From contig OZ316896.1 in assembly GCA_973895155.1 (NCBI GenBank), forward strand, positions 11,918,830 through 11,982,829: a stretch of DNA of 64,000 bases, in the 5' to 3' direction. Positions 51,171 through 64,000 of the stretch are shown piece after piece. How positions within the stretch are numbered: position 1 is the first letter of the stretch; each line of letters begins with the position of its first letter. Position numbers and translations under genes: made by a program. The notes beneath the pieces were generated by a model. The model did no database searches, was not told where the DNA came from, and saw only the letters and a program-made list of their open reading frames with translations. Source of the DNA: Marsupella aquatica (lineage: Eukaryota > Plantae > Marchantiophyta).

Positions 51171-52525
51171 GTCCAAGGTAGTACGAATACCCGCAATAAT
51201 TGTCTCACAATCGCCAGGAACGCCCACTGCAAACTGATGTGGAGAGAGATGATCCGATAGTGCAGAGCGATACTGCGATGAAAGTGCGCAAGACACCAGA
51301 CGAAGAAAAACCTCTCCAATAGCTATGGGCCGAACACCCGGTGAAGACTTAGCCATGGCCAATAAACGAGAAGCACTCAAAAGCCGAGAGACGGGAGGAG
51401 GTAAACGGCCGGCAACAATACACTGGCAAAAGGAGAAGAAAACTGGAAAACCAGACTGAGAATCCTCAGGGGGGAATAAATCACGAAAATGCTCAAAGAC
51501 ATAGCCAGAGGGGCCACCAGCCGCGCAACGCGGAGCATGGAGGAAAGCATAGGTGAAGTGGTCCCTACTAAATTGAAGATCCTCCTCAGGCTCAAAATCC
51601 TCCATGAACAAAGGGAGCTGATCATAGGGCTGCGGATGGAGATCTTGAAGGGCTGTCAAGGTGACCTCACCAGGGGGGGCTGGTATGGTGGGAGATAGGG
51701 CCTGGACTGCACGATGATATTCACCAGCCTGGGCTAAATGACAAGAGCGACAAAGGCGTCTGTGCTCTGGAGGATGAGAGTGGCGAGCTGGGTCAGACAA
51801 AGCACGGGTAGTAAAGGAACGGGCTCGAAGAAAGTACTCTTCCTAAAGCTGTTCCCAATCTCCCCGCAGAAACGATGGATATGAGAGGTAGTCTCACGAT
51901 GACCCATGCGACCACCGTGACTAGGGAGGGTAAGAGTCCACTGTGGAAAAAGCATGAGTAAAGACCAATAGGAGACCTCAATAGGATGCGCCAAGATAAG
52001 CTGCATGAGTTGCAACAAGGATGACCGAACTAATGGGCGCAACGCTAGTGGGATGTGGTTATAAAGGCGAGGTCTAATGTACCCTGGATAGTAGGCTGGA
52101 AGGGGGTCTAGAGAGCGAACCCAACTCCATGCCTGCTCGGAAGCCTCCAAGGAAGGAGGGGCAAAGCTAACTGGGTCAAGAGGGGGTTGGGGCTGGGATT
52201 GGGCTTGCTGGCGACGTTGGCACCGGCCCCGCCCGCGGTGATGAGGAACGGAGAGGCCAACCCAGCCACACTCAGGACAAGTATGCAGGGGACGCTTGTC
52301 TGGGGAAGGAGCAGGGAACGACTGGACAGGAGGTGGGGGGAACCGACGTGGATGAAGAGGCCGGAGGGGGATGCTGGAGGGGCGGAGGGGGAATGGGCTA
52401 GGGAGAGGAGCCAGGGCGTCGATGGGGTGGGCAGTAGACTGGGGGGACTGGCAGAACATCGGGCATGGGGTCATCACGAAGATGAGAGAGATCCAATGAA
52501 GAAGAGCAAACACGAAGCCGACCAC
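51171..52525 (-). pseudogene. CRE ORF, 5' part (Pro-rich region, Zn finger, RT N-terminal half)
   Basis: ORFs 51734-52525 and 51165-51800 joined by a frameshift; reading ...IRTTLD resumes as LHPDWVVLQVDVSNAFN after removing the insert and one TSD copy. Confidence 0.85.
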
Positions 52526-55500
52526 GAGGCGGGGGGGAGGAGGGGGGAGAACTGTGTGGGGGGGCTGGGCGCTTGCCCCGCGCCAACACTCTCAACGTAG
52601 ACATGACAGGTCGCAACCCGATAAAAGCAAAAGCGCATCAAGAAGCGACAAAAGGCCCAACCAAGACATGTGAAAAGAAAGGGAAGGCTATGGAGAGAGC
52701 CCACCGCGTCAAAATCCGAGAAGCGGCGCCACCGCTAGCCTAGAAAACCGTTGAGCACGTGCAGGCATAGCCGGGAACAAAGCTGGAGCTCTCGTCGATG
52801 TGTCCGTTGAGGAGTCGATGCAAGTGAATATCTCTCCGCTGATTTGAGCGTGCTGCTACAGCTCCCAAAGATGGTGGAATGCAAACTGGTCCACTAAACT
52901 TGGCAAAAACCACCTTGTCAGAACTGAAGAAGAAAGGCAACCACCAATCGGAGGAGAAATGTGGCAAGATAGGAATGCTCCAAAGCTGATCAAGGGAAAC
53001 CGTCACCAAAAACTGAGAGATAAATGCAGCCGGACAAAACTCTTATGTAAAAAAGGTAGAAACCAACACCACAACTTAGACACGTAAATCAGTATTAAAG
53101 TAGCAAGAAGTATAGAAACCAAGCTACACTGGTCACCGCAATTAGTGTCACTCACACGCACTAATTTGGGTGGAACAAATGGTCAGCTACATTCATGAAT
53201 TAGTGTAACAAACAAAAAAAATCATGCATTTTAAGCATTGTTTTTTGGCCCAATGGAAAGAAGTAAGGTGGCCCAGGTTCTGCATGATTATCCTTGGCCC
53301 TAGCATGATTGGACTAGTGTAGAATTCCCCTCTAATTGTTAGTAACTCTAATTTCTCACTCACACTGGTAGCCGTGAGGGGTGTAGCACGACAACTGTGA
53401 GTCATGGGCTCACTCTTGGACCACTGAAATGCGGTTGGGGTAGGACCCATTCAAGACCCAAGATGGTCTCCAGTCATTAATTGGGCCGTTGGTGCAAGTT
53501 GGGTGGTGCTGCAGATCCATCTAGGTCATTGTTCTTCCCTAAGTTTTTGGTTCCCTTGTATAGTTGTATTGTGTATTCATTCCTCCCTGACTATCTTTAA
53601 CTCCATTGTGACTGGATGGACTTTTGTATGCGATGGAATTCTAACAAACATTTGAATGCATTCTAGTAACAATAATACTATCTATAAGTTGTTTTAGAAT
53701 ATTCTCAGTACATGCATACATTGTAGTCTGTCTCATTCAAACTCTAGACTACATGCACATTGTGCTGAATATATAATCTTTAATGCTAATGAAACTTGTT
53801 TCTCAATAAAATTGTCATTCTCTTGTTTGTATGGATAAGAAATTCTAAGTAGTCATGGACAGGAATGCCATTGGGGTGGTTCTACAAGCTGTGGGGACCT
53901 GTAGTAGTATGTTCATCCTCTTTTACATTGAACTTGAATCGTCTAATGAGTGGAAAAGCTTGCAATATAGCATACTCATCCTGGAACATACAAAGTTAAT
54001 TTTGTCCTCTAGCAAAAAGTGCATGCATAAAAAAATGATGGGGTGCACAAGAACTCAGGCGGTCTGTTTACCCTACTAACCGACCCCTAGTGACTGATAA
54101 TGTGGAGTACATATTGTGTCTAAAATTTTAGATCACCTACAAAACCATTGGCTCTGTCCATTAAACCGCATCTGCAATGGTAAAATGGGGTAGTGTCCGT
54201 AATTGACAACTGTTCATTTGCCTAGGTGCACAATAACAGACCTACCCTCCCCATCACCATATACACATAACCCTTGTACCTTGGAAAAGTTTTCTGGTGA
54301 TCTCTTATAAATATGAATCATTTTTAGATGTTTCTTTTTGGATCATAGATCTCACCAGATCTACTCTGAGCCGTAGATAGCCCCTGATAGTGAACAGATG
54401 CGGTGACATTGATATATGAATTCCCCAAAATATGAAATGATACTTGATATACATGATTGTACTGGATGTGGAATGAGTATTCAGGTTACTTTCCAGGGAA
54501 ACTTGTGGCTGGAAAGGGATCGGCAGTTACGGAACTTCACTTCAAAAGATCTTTGGTGTGGAAGAACTTGTGGTGTAAAGGGATTTGCATTTATTATTGT
54601 AGCTCACTTTAAAAGGGTTTTGGTGTGGAGTATATCTACTACTGTAGGGTGCTTTACCAGATGTCACGTCCATCATATTTTTAATGCCTTCTGAGATTAA
54701 ATCTGGACCATACAATGAACTAAACAACTATAATTATATTTACAAGAACTCGAGAGCCCCTTCAGGTATGGTGTCTGTGTATCCTACCTGGCAAACAATG
54801 GGCCCCAGTAAAAGACTCATTTTGTCTAGATTTTGAGAGAATTTCCAAACATTTATTTGAGACTCAAACTTTAGGATTTGCATTTATTGAAGTTTATTTT
54901 GAAAGAGTTTTACTCTAAACAAAGGATAATATTGACGCTCATAAATGAGCCCAGCCCACTCACTGCCTGCAGACCTCTCCCCTTGCTAAAAGTGAGTGAT
55001 TGGGAGTTTTTCAAAGTGTCAAAAACACTACATGAGGTTTGTGTCAAAACAGTTCTGGCTCACCAAAACTCTAATCCCACACCTGCCTGCTACTCTACCA
55101 ATATCCCTATATCTATTCTCTCTTTGTGGCCTTTCCGGTCATTTACTCTGCCTCCATGGCCTGCTGGTTCCCCCAATCCGCGAGATTCACACATAATAAA
55201 TTTGAAATCTTAATTTTTTCAAGAAACAACCCAATATCTGTTCCTCATTTAGTCTCACTCGCACCTTATACTTATATTGATAAGAGTATGGGGAAATTAT
55301 CATGATGAAATTCACTACAGTAGTTATATTAATTATGGATTCATGTAAATGCAATGTAATGTACATGGATATTGTCAACCCCTCCAAATATTGTGTTGGG
55401 TCAGAATGATGTATATCTTTGGAACAGGAAGGGACATTGGGGTTTATTTGGGCCCAGGAAAAGTCACAAACGATGCCCCCCCACATCATGTCATAATGAC

Positions 55501-55559
55501 GAGCAGGAGCTTTCCGGACCCACCGCATAGTTTTTCCAATGCTGACTCGCGTCGGGGAG

Positions 55560-56520
55560 TCGGGCAACTTGGAGGGGGCAGGGCCTTGGGCAGCAGAGAG
55601 CAACGGACCGCCTTGCGGCCGGGTAGCACTAAACTGTACAGCAGCAGTGTAGAGCGATCAAGGCGTCGTGGCACCAAACCCCGCACGACGTGTCCACGTG
55701 GCGAAAGGTTTCTGGGCCTCTGTACGACGGGAAATCTGGGCCTCAAACCGGTCTTGCCGACCTGGCGGCTGGCTAAGAATTAGTGGCCCAGAATCGCTCA
55801 AACCCCGTTTGTCCTTTGTCACGCCTGTCTCTCTCCCCCTGCCCCACATCGCCAATATTTTTTCCCCAGTCGTCCCCTCCTCGCTGGCATGATGCCTGCC
55901 CGCTCCCCCGCCCGCCCCTGCGTCGCTCGGCTCGGCTCGGGCCTCACCGGAACCGAACCGGTAACTATCGACCATATCCGCGGTCGTCACCATCGACGGA
56001 TACCAGCGCCCGTCCGTGATCGGGTCGCCTCCATGGCCGTCGATGGTGTCGGCCACCAATTCCCGGCGAGTGGGCGTGTCCCGGGAAATTACCCTACCGT
56101 AACCTTGAACGGTTCGGTTGCTGCCCCGAGCTTTTCCCGACTTCGCGGTCCGAGGTCATGTCCTTTTGCCTTTTCGCCCCTTTTTCCCTTTTCTTGATGA
56201 GGCTGCAGCCTAGTCCTACCGCTGTGTCGAAAGGCAGCAGGGCGACGGTCCGGCGGTCGGCCAACGCGGGGCTGCCCCGCTGCCCGGCGCAGGCTTGCCC
56301 GGGCACGGTTTGTGGCTCCGCGTTTATCCGGAACTGCCTTCGCGAGCGACAGAGCACTTCTATGCCAGGAATCACGATCCTGTCAGGCCTGCCCGGCGCT
56401 GCCCGACCTTTGTTCCCCCGGTCTTCCCGGCCGTGCAAGTGCTTTTTCTTCGGCCTCGCCCTTTTTCCCGCTTGCATTGTTTTTTAACAACACTCCAGAG
56501 TGCGCACTTCTTCACGCCTC
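55560..56520. promoter_or_regulatory. GC/CpG-rich promoter and 5' leader of the downstream gene
   Basis: Abrupt rise in GC and CpG content followed by CT/TCG-rich 5'UTR-like sequence (56480-56800). Confidence 0.5.
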
Positions 56521-57625
56521 ATACCAGATCGCAGCCCACTTCTGCTGTTGCAACGCAAAAAAGCCTTTTTAGACGAGCTTCTTCCCTTTGCGTCCTACAG
56601 TCCTCTCATCAGTCGTCGTCGTCGTGCTGCTGAAGTTGTTTCGTTCTCCTGCTGCTCTCAGAAAAAAAGTTCGTCTCCTCTTCTTCTTCTTCTTCTGGTG
56701 CTCTGCTGAGTTCATAGTCGTGACACTGCTTTCTTCGTCGTCACATCGTCGCAGCTGCGGTGCATTTTTGAGATCGATCCTCCTAGAGCTCTGGGAGGTT
56801 CGCGTTTCCTTGTACGTGGAGTGGAGTAGAGTAGAGTTGGGTGCTCTGAAGTAGAGTGGAGTGGGCCGGCGGTGCGATTCATACGCGCAGGCTTTTGCGG
56901 TGTGCACATACGGTTTTCTTGGTTTTCGACAGCTTGACGCCCTAGGAGTGACTGGGGTTCGTCGGAACTCGGATGGCTCTTCTTCGCAGCCGGGGAGATT
57001 TGGCGAGTTTGGAAGATTTGATCGAGGGAGGGAGGAGTGAATAGACGAGCTGGTTTTACTGTCGGAGGCAAATTTCTGGCAGCCTGTTGGAGGGACTTCT
57101 TGGGAGAAGCGGCGGAATTCGTGGGTACTAATTCGCAGGAGATTGGTTCCGGATTCCCCTCTGCCATCGTGCGCGTGTTACTGTGCGAGTCGTCGGGGCC
57201 CTGCGTTGGTATGGTGCGAAGCTTCGGACTTGTGCCATTGCAGCGAACAAGCTGTGCTGCGCTCGAGAGCCTTAGCACAGAGGATGGAGGGAGGCCAAGT
57301 CGTGTCTCTCGTATCGGTTCTAGAAGTTGTCCACAAGTGTCGCTGTTAATTCAGGGGATTTGGAACGACCACTCTCTTTGGCTCCGAGTGTGAGCTGAGT
57401 GCTCCCGGAGCTCGTCGGGTCTCGTTTGTTTTGTAGGCATTTGTCCTAGTCTATCACGGACTACTGGAGCCTCGATGGCGTTCATCGTCTGGAGAGAAAC
57501 GGCCAGGAACCGTGATATGGGGCATTAAAGGAATAAGACCTAGTTCTAGGGCGGATAGGTGACCGGGAGACGTCTGGACCACCCAGCCTATTGGCAAGTG
57601 AGGCTCTCAAGCTGGAGGAGCTGAA

Positions 57626-59153
57626 ATGAGGGAGGTTGGAGTAGACGGTCTGTTTGCCCCTCCTGGATTGCAAATTCCCCTTTCCACGCAATGCGGGAGG
57701 AGGCTTCTCGATATCGAATTCGACTTAAGCAACAGCTTGACCACGTTGGAAGCTGTCCAATGGGCCATCTGCGAGTTGCAGCGCATGGAGCTCCAAGAAC
57801 GGTACTCTGTTCGTGGAAGCCACCTTGACGAAGGTGAAGTAGAAGCAGATGTAGGTAAAGAACAGAAAAGGTATTCAGGCGGTGCGGTGTCGGAGAAGGG
57901 CCCGAGCAGAAGCGATCAGGGAAACGAAGATCCTCTGCTGCGGAGTCAGAGTGGAATTCAATCGGAGCGGGGCGTGAGTCATGACGAGGAACCGATCAAC
58001 AAGACCACTGATAAGGATGCTTCTCCCAGTGTCCCGATGCAGCAGCAAACGGAAAAGGCTGCAAAAGTAGAGGTCCGAAGTTGGAGAGCCCTGTTCAAAG
58101 CAACTGGCAAGAGAAAATCGGAAGAGGAGAATTCTGGTAGAGAAGGCGAGAAGAGGACGAAAGCGAATGAGTCGTCCTTAAAGATGGAACTAGTGTATGA
58201 AGCTGATCATGCCGAAGCTGGGAAGCGGATGGCGGAGCGTATCGGCGCAAGGCTTGCGGTCCCGGAGTGTATTGCTCTCACCAATCTCGTCAGCCATTGC
58301 CTTCTTGTGAGCATGGACCAGGTTCCGCCCAGCAGTATGCAAGTCCAGTTGGACGGGAAAGGTGCAGCAGCGGAGGCCAGCGATGGAATTAGTAGTGGTT
58401 CGAAAACTGCCTCAGCTGATAAACCAGGTCTCGGGGATAGCGTTAGTAACGACTGGTTGTGGCTTCACAAGTGGCTCGTGAAGACCTGCTTGTCCGATGT
58501 TGGAGAAGACGACAGTTTTACTTCGTTAGATTGGCTAATTGCGTTCATGACTGCTGCTTGCCAATCGCTGATCAAGCCTATCTTGGACGACTTGGCTTTC
58601 GACTTGGAGCGACGGGAGTCCCAGGAGTCCGTGAGTGTCGCGTCATACATTCGGCGAGCGGGCGTTTTGGAGTATGCCGCTCTTAGGTGGGACTAATAAA
58701 CTTTACGCCCTCGTGTGGTGTCTAGCGTCCTTGTTGCATCGATAAATTTTATTGAGGGCAGGTCATGTAGGATGTATTGAGCTATTAGCGGAATGTAAAA
58801 ATCTGGGGCGAGGAAGGTCGTACATAGCTTACTTAGATCTGGCCAAGCTTCTGTCGGATCTATCAATAAAATCCCTTCATAAATTGATGGTAGTTAGGGT
58901 GTCTGTTTACACGAGTTTGACCCCATTTGTCTGAAAGTCGTGCTTCGGAGGCTCACACCTGCTTGAGACAAAACCGTGGCCCATCTGTAAATCCCACCAA
59001 TCTTCTCGTGCCCACATTGTGCTTGCTGCTGGCAGTAGGAGAAAGGCGTTTACTTGCTGGCGCTTACTCCCACTCGAAGTTGTGGGTCCGTCTAATGCAA
59101 GACGAGAGTCTCACGGTCCTTCTGTTTGCTCTACAATAAAGCAAGTTGCTATA

Positions 59154-59189
<36 letters not shown>

Positions 59190-62100
59190 AAGTGAGATCT
59201 CTCTAGAAATGTACCTTGTTCTCTTCTCGTGCTTCTTTGCTGTGTTGAAGAAGAACAACGAGCAGGAAAAAAATGAGTTTGTTGCTCAAAGTCGTTTTAC
59301 AGGAATCAAATTGCAAGGCGAGGAAACCTTGTAACTCTGCTTCAGAGCGAGGCATCCCAAGGGAAGGCTTGAACGTGTGGAGACTATGAGTACTTGGGGC
59401 CTGATGCGAGCTTTGTGTTCTGCGGCAGAGATCCGGAGCGGATATTTGGGAGCTTACGTCCATTGTTCCCGCCGACGGTCTTTCCAAGTCCTGTTATTGA
59501 CGAGGATGAACGTCAGTCGGAGGGATTGAACGAGCTCTGGCATGGTTGGTTGGGTTTAATGGTTGTCTGCCCGAGGCTATTTGGTGCTTTTTCTCGTTTC
59601 TGGATCCCAACTCTTTCGGTTGACGAGGTGCAGTCGTGGAGAATGAAATCTGCGCCTACTTCCATTTCTGCAGTATGGTCGCCTCTCGTGGTATGCACTC
59701 CGTGATTCGAATATATGATGCACGCAATGGCTTTGGTACTAACTGGGACCTACTTTAGTTGGTTTTTGTCCGATTTTCGGAATGACACGTCCCTTTATTT
59801 CTATGCTGTTATTCCGTTAGACTTCAAGGCTTTTTCTCCATGTCCCAGCCATGTATCTAAAACTTGCTTAGATCCTTCTTTAGGTGATTCGGGTGATGGG
59901 ATAAATATGTGCTTGACTACCCTTGTCGTATCATGCCGTGCAAGTTGGAAAGTCTCAACAGCCAAGTCGTTGCTGAAAAGTCCGATGTATCTGCTACGCT
60001 AGTCTCCTCTGACGATCTTCATTTGTAATGTAGGGTACTGTTACTGAAAAACCAAAAACGACGAGAGGATGGCTGCACGCAGCCATGATGAGGCGACTTC
60101 CTGAACTAGCTCCAGTCGCCTATGATCTAGTGGTACTCCTGAGCGAACTTGACGAGGCTTCAACTGATCACGGAGCCAGCGAAGATGTTCTTGGCTTTGG
60201 GAAAGAGGTGTTGACTTCGATTTACAAAGAGCTGTCCAAGGACTTGCTCCCAAAAGTACTTGGTACAGTTTTAGCCGTGCACTCTGCTTTCATCTGAGAA
60301 AAATGGTAGACTCTATCTGAGCTCGTTATTACTGCGAGGAGTGAAGTACTGCTTTTGATTCGTTGAAATAGCTTAGACTGGGTTGCGAATGTGCTAACAA
60401 TATGATCTCAATGACGTCCTAGGTGCCGGTCGAGATTTCAGCGCAGGGGCACTTCCTGATGTTGACGGGCTAAGGGAAGGCAGTGGTACTGTTGGCTTTG
60501 TGGCTAACTTAAAGCAGCATGCCCACGTTCTTTGGAGGAAAGCACTGGAAAGTTATTCGACTTCGAAGTGCACTTGCTGTGAGATCCCACACAGGGAAGA
60601 AATGCAGCTAGAATCCTCTGGCAGGACCAAACCTGGCCGCGATGGGAGTATGTGCGTAGACAGCAGCGGGGAAGGAAGTGCTGTGAAGTCCAGTCATGAA
60701 GCTGGCTTCGAGATCCAGATAGGGTGTTTGTATAATGATCCTTTGATTCGACTGTGCCACTTAACCTTACTGTGCTGCCCGGACCAGGTGGTAGCAGACT
60801 TGCTTGCAAATGCTTCTTTGGTACAGCCCTCTTCAGCTGGCTCCTTTGCTCCGCAATCACTAAGAAAGCTGGTGATGGTGATGAAGGCGATGTGGATTGT
60901 ATCGGGCCAAGGCCGAGGGACGCTCATCCTCGAATTATGGGCTCAACATATGATAGATCATGCTCTCTGTGCCAGTGACGAGCAGGTAAGGACATGCACT
61001 TGTGGAGAATTGGGTTCATAATCCGATCCCTTACTGTTGTCAATGAATAGGCTTAGTAAGCTCCAACAAGTAGAGGTTATACAGGAACATGGGTATCACG
61101 TTTCAGACTGGCTCTCGCTCCAGTAGTGTGAGAAATCTGGAGGTATGAAGTTGGGGAAATTGAGCCACAGTACCGAGAGTGAAAAATTTCTGTACCTCGA
61201 TTGCTTACTTTTGTATCGCTGTTTACTCCGAGGCGCATTTGAGCTACGTTTGGTAGTCAGGAGCCAATAAGTACAAATTATTCATCCATGTCTCCTTGTT
61301 GTCTGAAATTAGGCACTACAGAGAATTCTGGCCATTAGGCAACTCCTGGACTGCGATTTTTGGCAGAATTATCACATTCTATTAGGATCGTCGTCGCAGT
61401 TGGCAACAGCGATCCCCATTGTGGCCTCGGAGGATGCTCGTGGACATCCGGGCTTGTCCTGGAAGGTAGTGTGGAAAAGGCTACACAAGGTTCTGGATGT
61501 TCAATGGCTTCATATTTTGCCTCTCATGCATAGGGAAGGGGCTTGGGAGTTGAGATTGGCAGTGCCTACGGTACTGCAGCTCCTCAACCCGGATGGTATT
61601 ACCCGCCCTCAAGCTGTCGCAGATCGTCTCAAGGTCTGTTTCACGGATGGTTCATGTATTGCGCGCTTTAGGGGAAACAATTTACGATCTAGCCAACGTG
61701 TGCGGGGACCCCCGAGAATGATTTCAGGATCGGTCTGCATTGTATGCCCTTTTCCGCCGCATTCTTCCTCACATGTTCCCCTGGTTTTATCAACAGGGTG
61801 TGTTGGGACTCTTCTTTTCTTGGCTGGAAGTGTATGATGGCTGTGAAGAGAACGTTGGGGTTGGGCTAGGCGGGACGACGGCACCCTTGTTGGAACGAAG
61901 ATCGACATGGCAGTGTGCTCTTGCGAAGGAGCACCTCAAGTCCATCATCATTGAACTTGCTTCATCGAGCTTTCCGAGCTTTACATTGGTAGTTGGCCTA
62001 CCTGGCAGTGTTCATGAATTGTTTACCTATGCAAAAGGAGATATGTAGGACGTGGGAGTAGATTCTGAATTTCATCATTCAGAGGCCGCAGTCCTGCAGA

Positions 62101-63417
62101 CCGACCAATTAAGGCCCTAATACTGCGGATTGATCAATTTATGCTTGAAATTCTTTATAGAAAGTTTTTTTTAGATTATACATGCCTCCTTTGAGTATCT
62201 ATCTTGCTGTGTCTAATATTTCCGCGTTGGAACAGATGATAAACAGCCTCTTGGACTTCTCCTTCGAACATAGCAAACAAAAGTTCTCTGCTCCACCACC
62301 GCCGTCCTCCACAGGTATGTCTTTCGATATTAATTAGTGGGGTACGTTTGCAGGTCCTTTCAAGGTTTTCCGCACAGTTTCTGAATGATCATTAAAAATC
62401 ATATGACCATCTCATGGGCTTGTTTCAAGTCTTAGAGGGAGGCATCTAGCAGGAATATTCACTCCCTTGTTGTCCTTGATCTTACTTCGACAAACAGTGA
62501 TTTATTGTTTGTGTTGTTTAGGTCAACAGCTAAGGACTGGGCCATCAGTCATTCCATTACGACGAGCTGGGAGTGGAGGTCCCTCATCATTATGTATGGC
62601 ACCATTACCAACTGGTAAGCTAGATCGATATGGACGACTAGAACTAGTATCTGGTCCTACCTCTGAACGAGGAAGTGGCACGGGCTCATTGCAAATGGCT
62701 GATTTGCGATTTACAGAGGAGAACTGCAGAATTCAAGCAGGTATCGCATCACAAATCTTCCAGGATATTTGCTTTTCGTGTTAGAGGGATTATACACAAT
62801 TTGTCCTTTCTTAAGAGTACTGTAATGTCATCAAGCTACCCCTTGATAGCCTAGCTTCAATGTGGTATGTCATCAAGCTACCCCTTGATAACCTAGCTTG
62901 AATGTGGTCAATTTAGTTTACTGTTGAGAGATTTTGATTCCGTTGTCTCCTTTATTCGCTTTCACGTAAGTGTATGGCTTCAAAGGTCGTGAGCAGTTTG
63001 AAAGTCCAGAGAGTCCTAATTGAGAAGGACGTTGGTTTTTCTGTGAGAGCAGATGCCACCTCTCCTCTCCAAACGTACGAGAAGGTGAGGGTAATGGGAT
63101 CTTCTCATCTTCGACTTGTCAATCAAAATGCGACATCCATATCTGCTTCAGAGCATCCTGATGAGGATCTCATGAGAAGTAAAATTTTGGATGCTGAGCT
63201 CGCAAACCTTTTGCACCGCACTTTCCAAAGGGCGAAAGCTAAAAGTGTCGAACTTCTCGACGAGTGGCCTTGCCATCCAGCGAATGTTTTAGCAACACAT
63301 TTGGCGGATCGGCTTGACACTCCTCACGAAGTCTCCATGACAATGGAGCAGTACGAGGAGGTGAGCAAGGACACCATTCTCTCGCGATTGCATTGTCTAG
63401 TAGAGGAATCTCTGTAA
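57626..63417 (+). CDS. Multi-exon gene of unknown function (helical/Leu-rich; may continue beyond 63.4 kb)
   Basis: 356-aa first ORF plus GT-AG-bounded open segments at about 60.03-60.26, 60.42-60.99, 61.31-61.63, 62.24-62.31, 62.52-62.74 and 63.05-63.36 kb. No family recognised. Confidence 0.65.
59153..59188. repeat. (ATG)n microsatellite
   Basis: About 11-12 perfect ATG units. Confidence 0.95.
62825..62908. repeat. 42-bp tandem duplication (intronic)
   Basis: atgtcatcaagctaccccttgata(g/a)cctagctt(c/g)aatgtggt occurs twice. Confidence 0.9.
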
Positions 63418-64000
63418 ATGCAGGTACCAAAAAGTTATTGCAGTGTCTGAAAGCCTTATAGAATAACTTCGTAGTATTCACACTTCGGCTGAATCTTGGG
63501 TTTGGGAATCTCTATTGAGCGTTTGTGGTACTCTTGTTTGTCTTCCAGCGTTCCTAGGATTTGAAATTCTGTTGTTCTTTGAATTTTCTGGACAGGTTTT
63601 ACCAAAACATATTTCGTCACTAAGGCATATTTTTCTGACTGATTGCTTCAGTCAGAATCCCCTCTTGATGGAGGTAAAGTATTTTCTCAGTAGAAATTGT
63701 GTTGGAAGGTTTACATCGGCAAAGTTTAGACTTAAGCAATATCAGATAATTCTGAGAAGTTGGACAGGCGTGAGGGACAGCACAATTCACACGTAAATTA
63801 CACCCGCAATTGCAAGTGGTTTTGGCGAAATACAGCTTGCCGGTAGAACTAGGTGGCATTTTCAAATGTCTACAATCGTAGAAGACCAGTAGGAGAAACC
63901 AAACAATACTTTAAACTAAACTAGTTCTTGTCGGTTTCTCAAACTCTGGTACCCAGATGGTAGAACTCATCATCTCGCATGGAGGAAGTAGGGCTGTTCT

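Larger units (their letters stand above)
44800..52700 (-). mobile_element. CRE-clade non-LTR retrotransposon (N-terminal Zn finger, RT, CCHC, restriction-like endonuclease), pseudogenised and interrupted by the copia insert; ends approximate
   Basis: Motifs CPECG..HH..C; RPIAIGEVFLRL, HQFAVG, DVSNAFN, GTRQGDPLGGPLF, SLLDD; CTCG..D..G.HLLRC; RVD..DV..KEAKY..F.PLALE.FG; QRISVTLQRAQA. Contains frameshifts and premature stops. Confidence 0.85.

Noticed and set aside
44744-53067. gaaaccaac at 44744 and 53059 as the TSD of the CRE element
   Set aside because: Element ends are not independently defined, and a 9-mer match in A-rich flanks can arise by chance.
55349-57393. Many overlapping ORFs on both strands
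   Set aside because: Expected in GC-rich promoter/UTR sequence; no recognisable domains.
59064-59258. Poly-His ORF on the minus strand
   Set aside because: It is the translation of the (ATG)n microsatellite, antisense to a gene.

Overview
Eukaryotic land-plant genomic DNA (GT-AG introns, plant-type histones; the lineage looks bryophyte/lycophyte-like, but that is inference). Host genes: an unidentified multi-exon gene (~6.6-10.0 kb, +), histone H2B (10.9-11.3 kb, -) carrying an AT-hook motif in its N-terminal tail, an intron-containing histone H4 (17.7-18.2 kb, +), UTP20 (21.3-34.7 kb, +; one 5.8-kb exon) and a second unidentified multi-exon gene (from 57.6 kb, +). Intergenic tracts hold MITEs, minisatellites and old repeat fragments. 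The standout is 44.8-53 kb: a degenerate CRE-clade non-LTR retrotransposon (RT + restriction-like endonuclease) interrupted by a 4181-bp Ty1/copia derivative with a 5-bp TSD. This insert is circularly permuted (RT/RH-PPT-single LTR-PBS-gag) and both termini are the same LTR (U5) end in inverted orientation.
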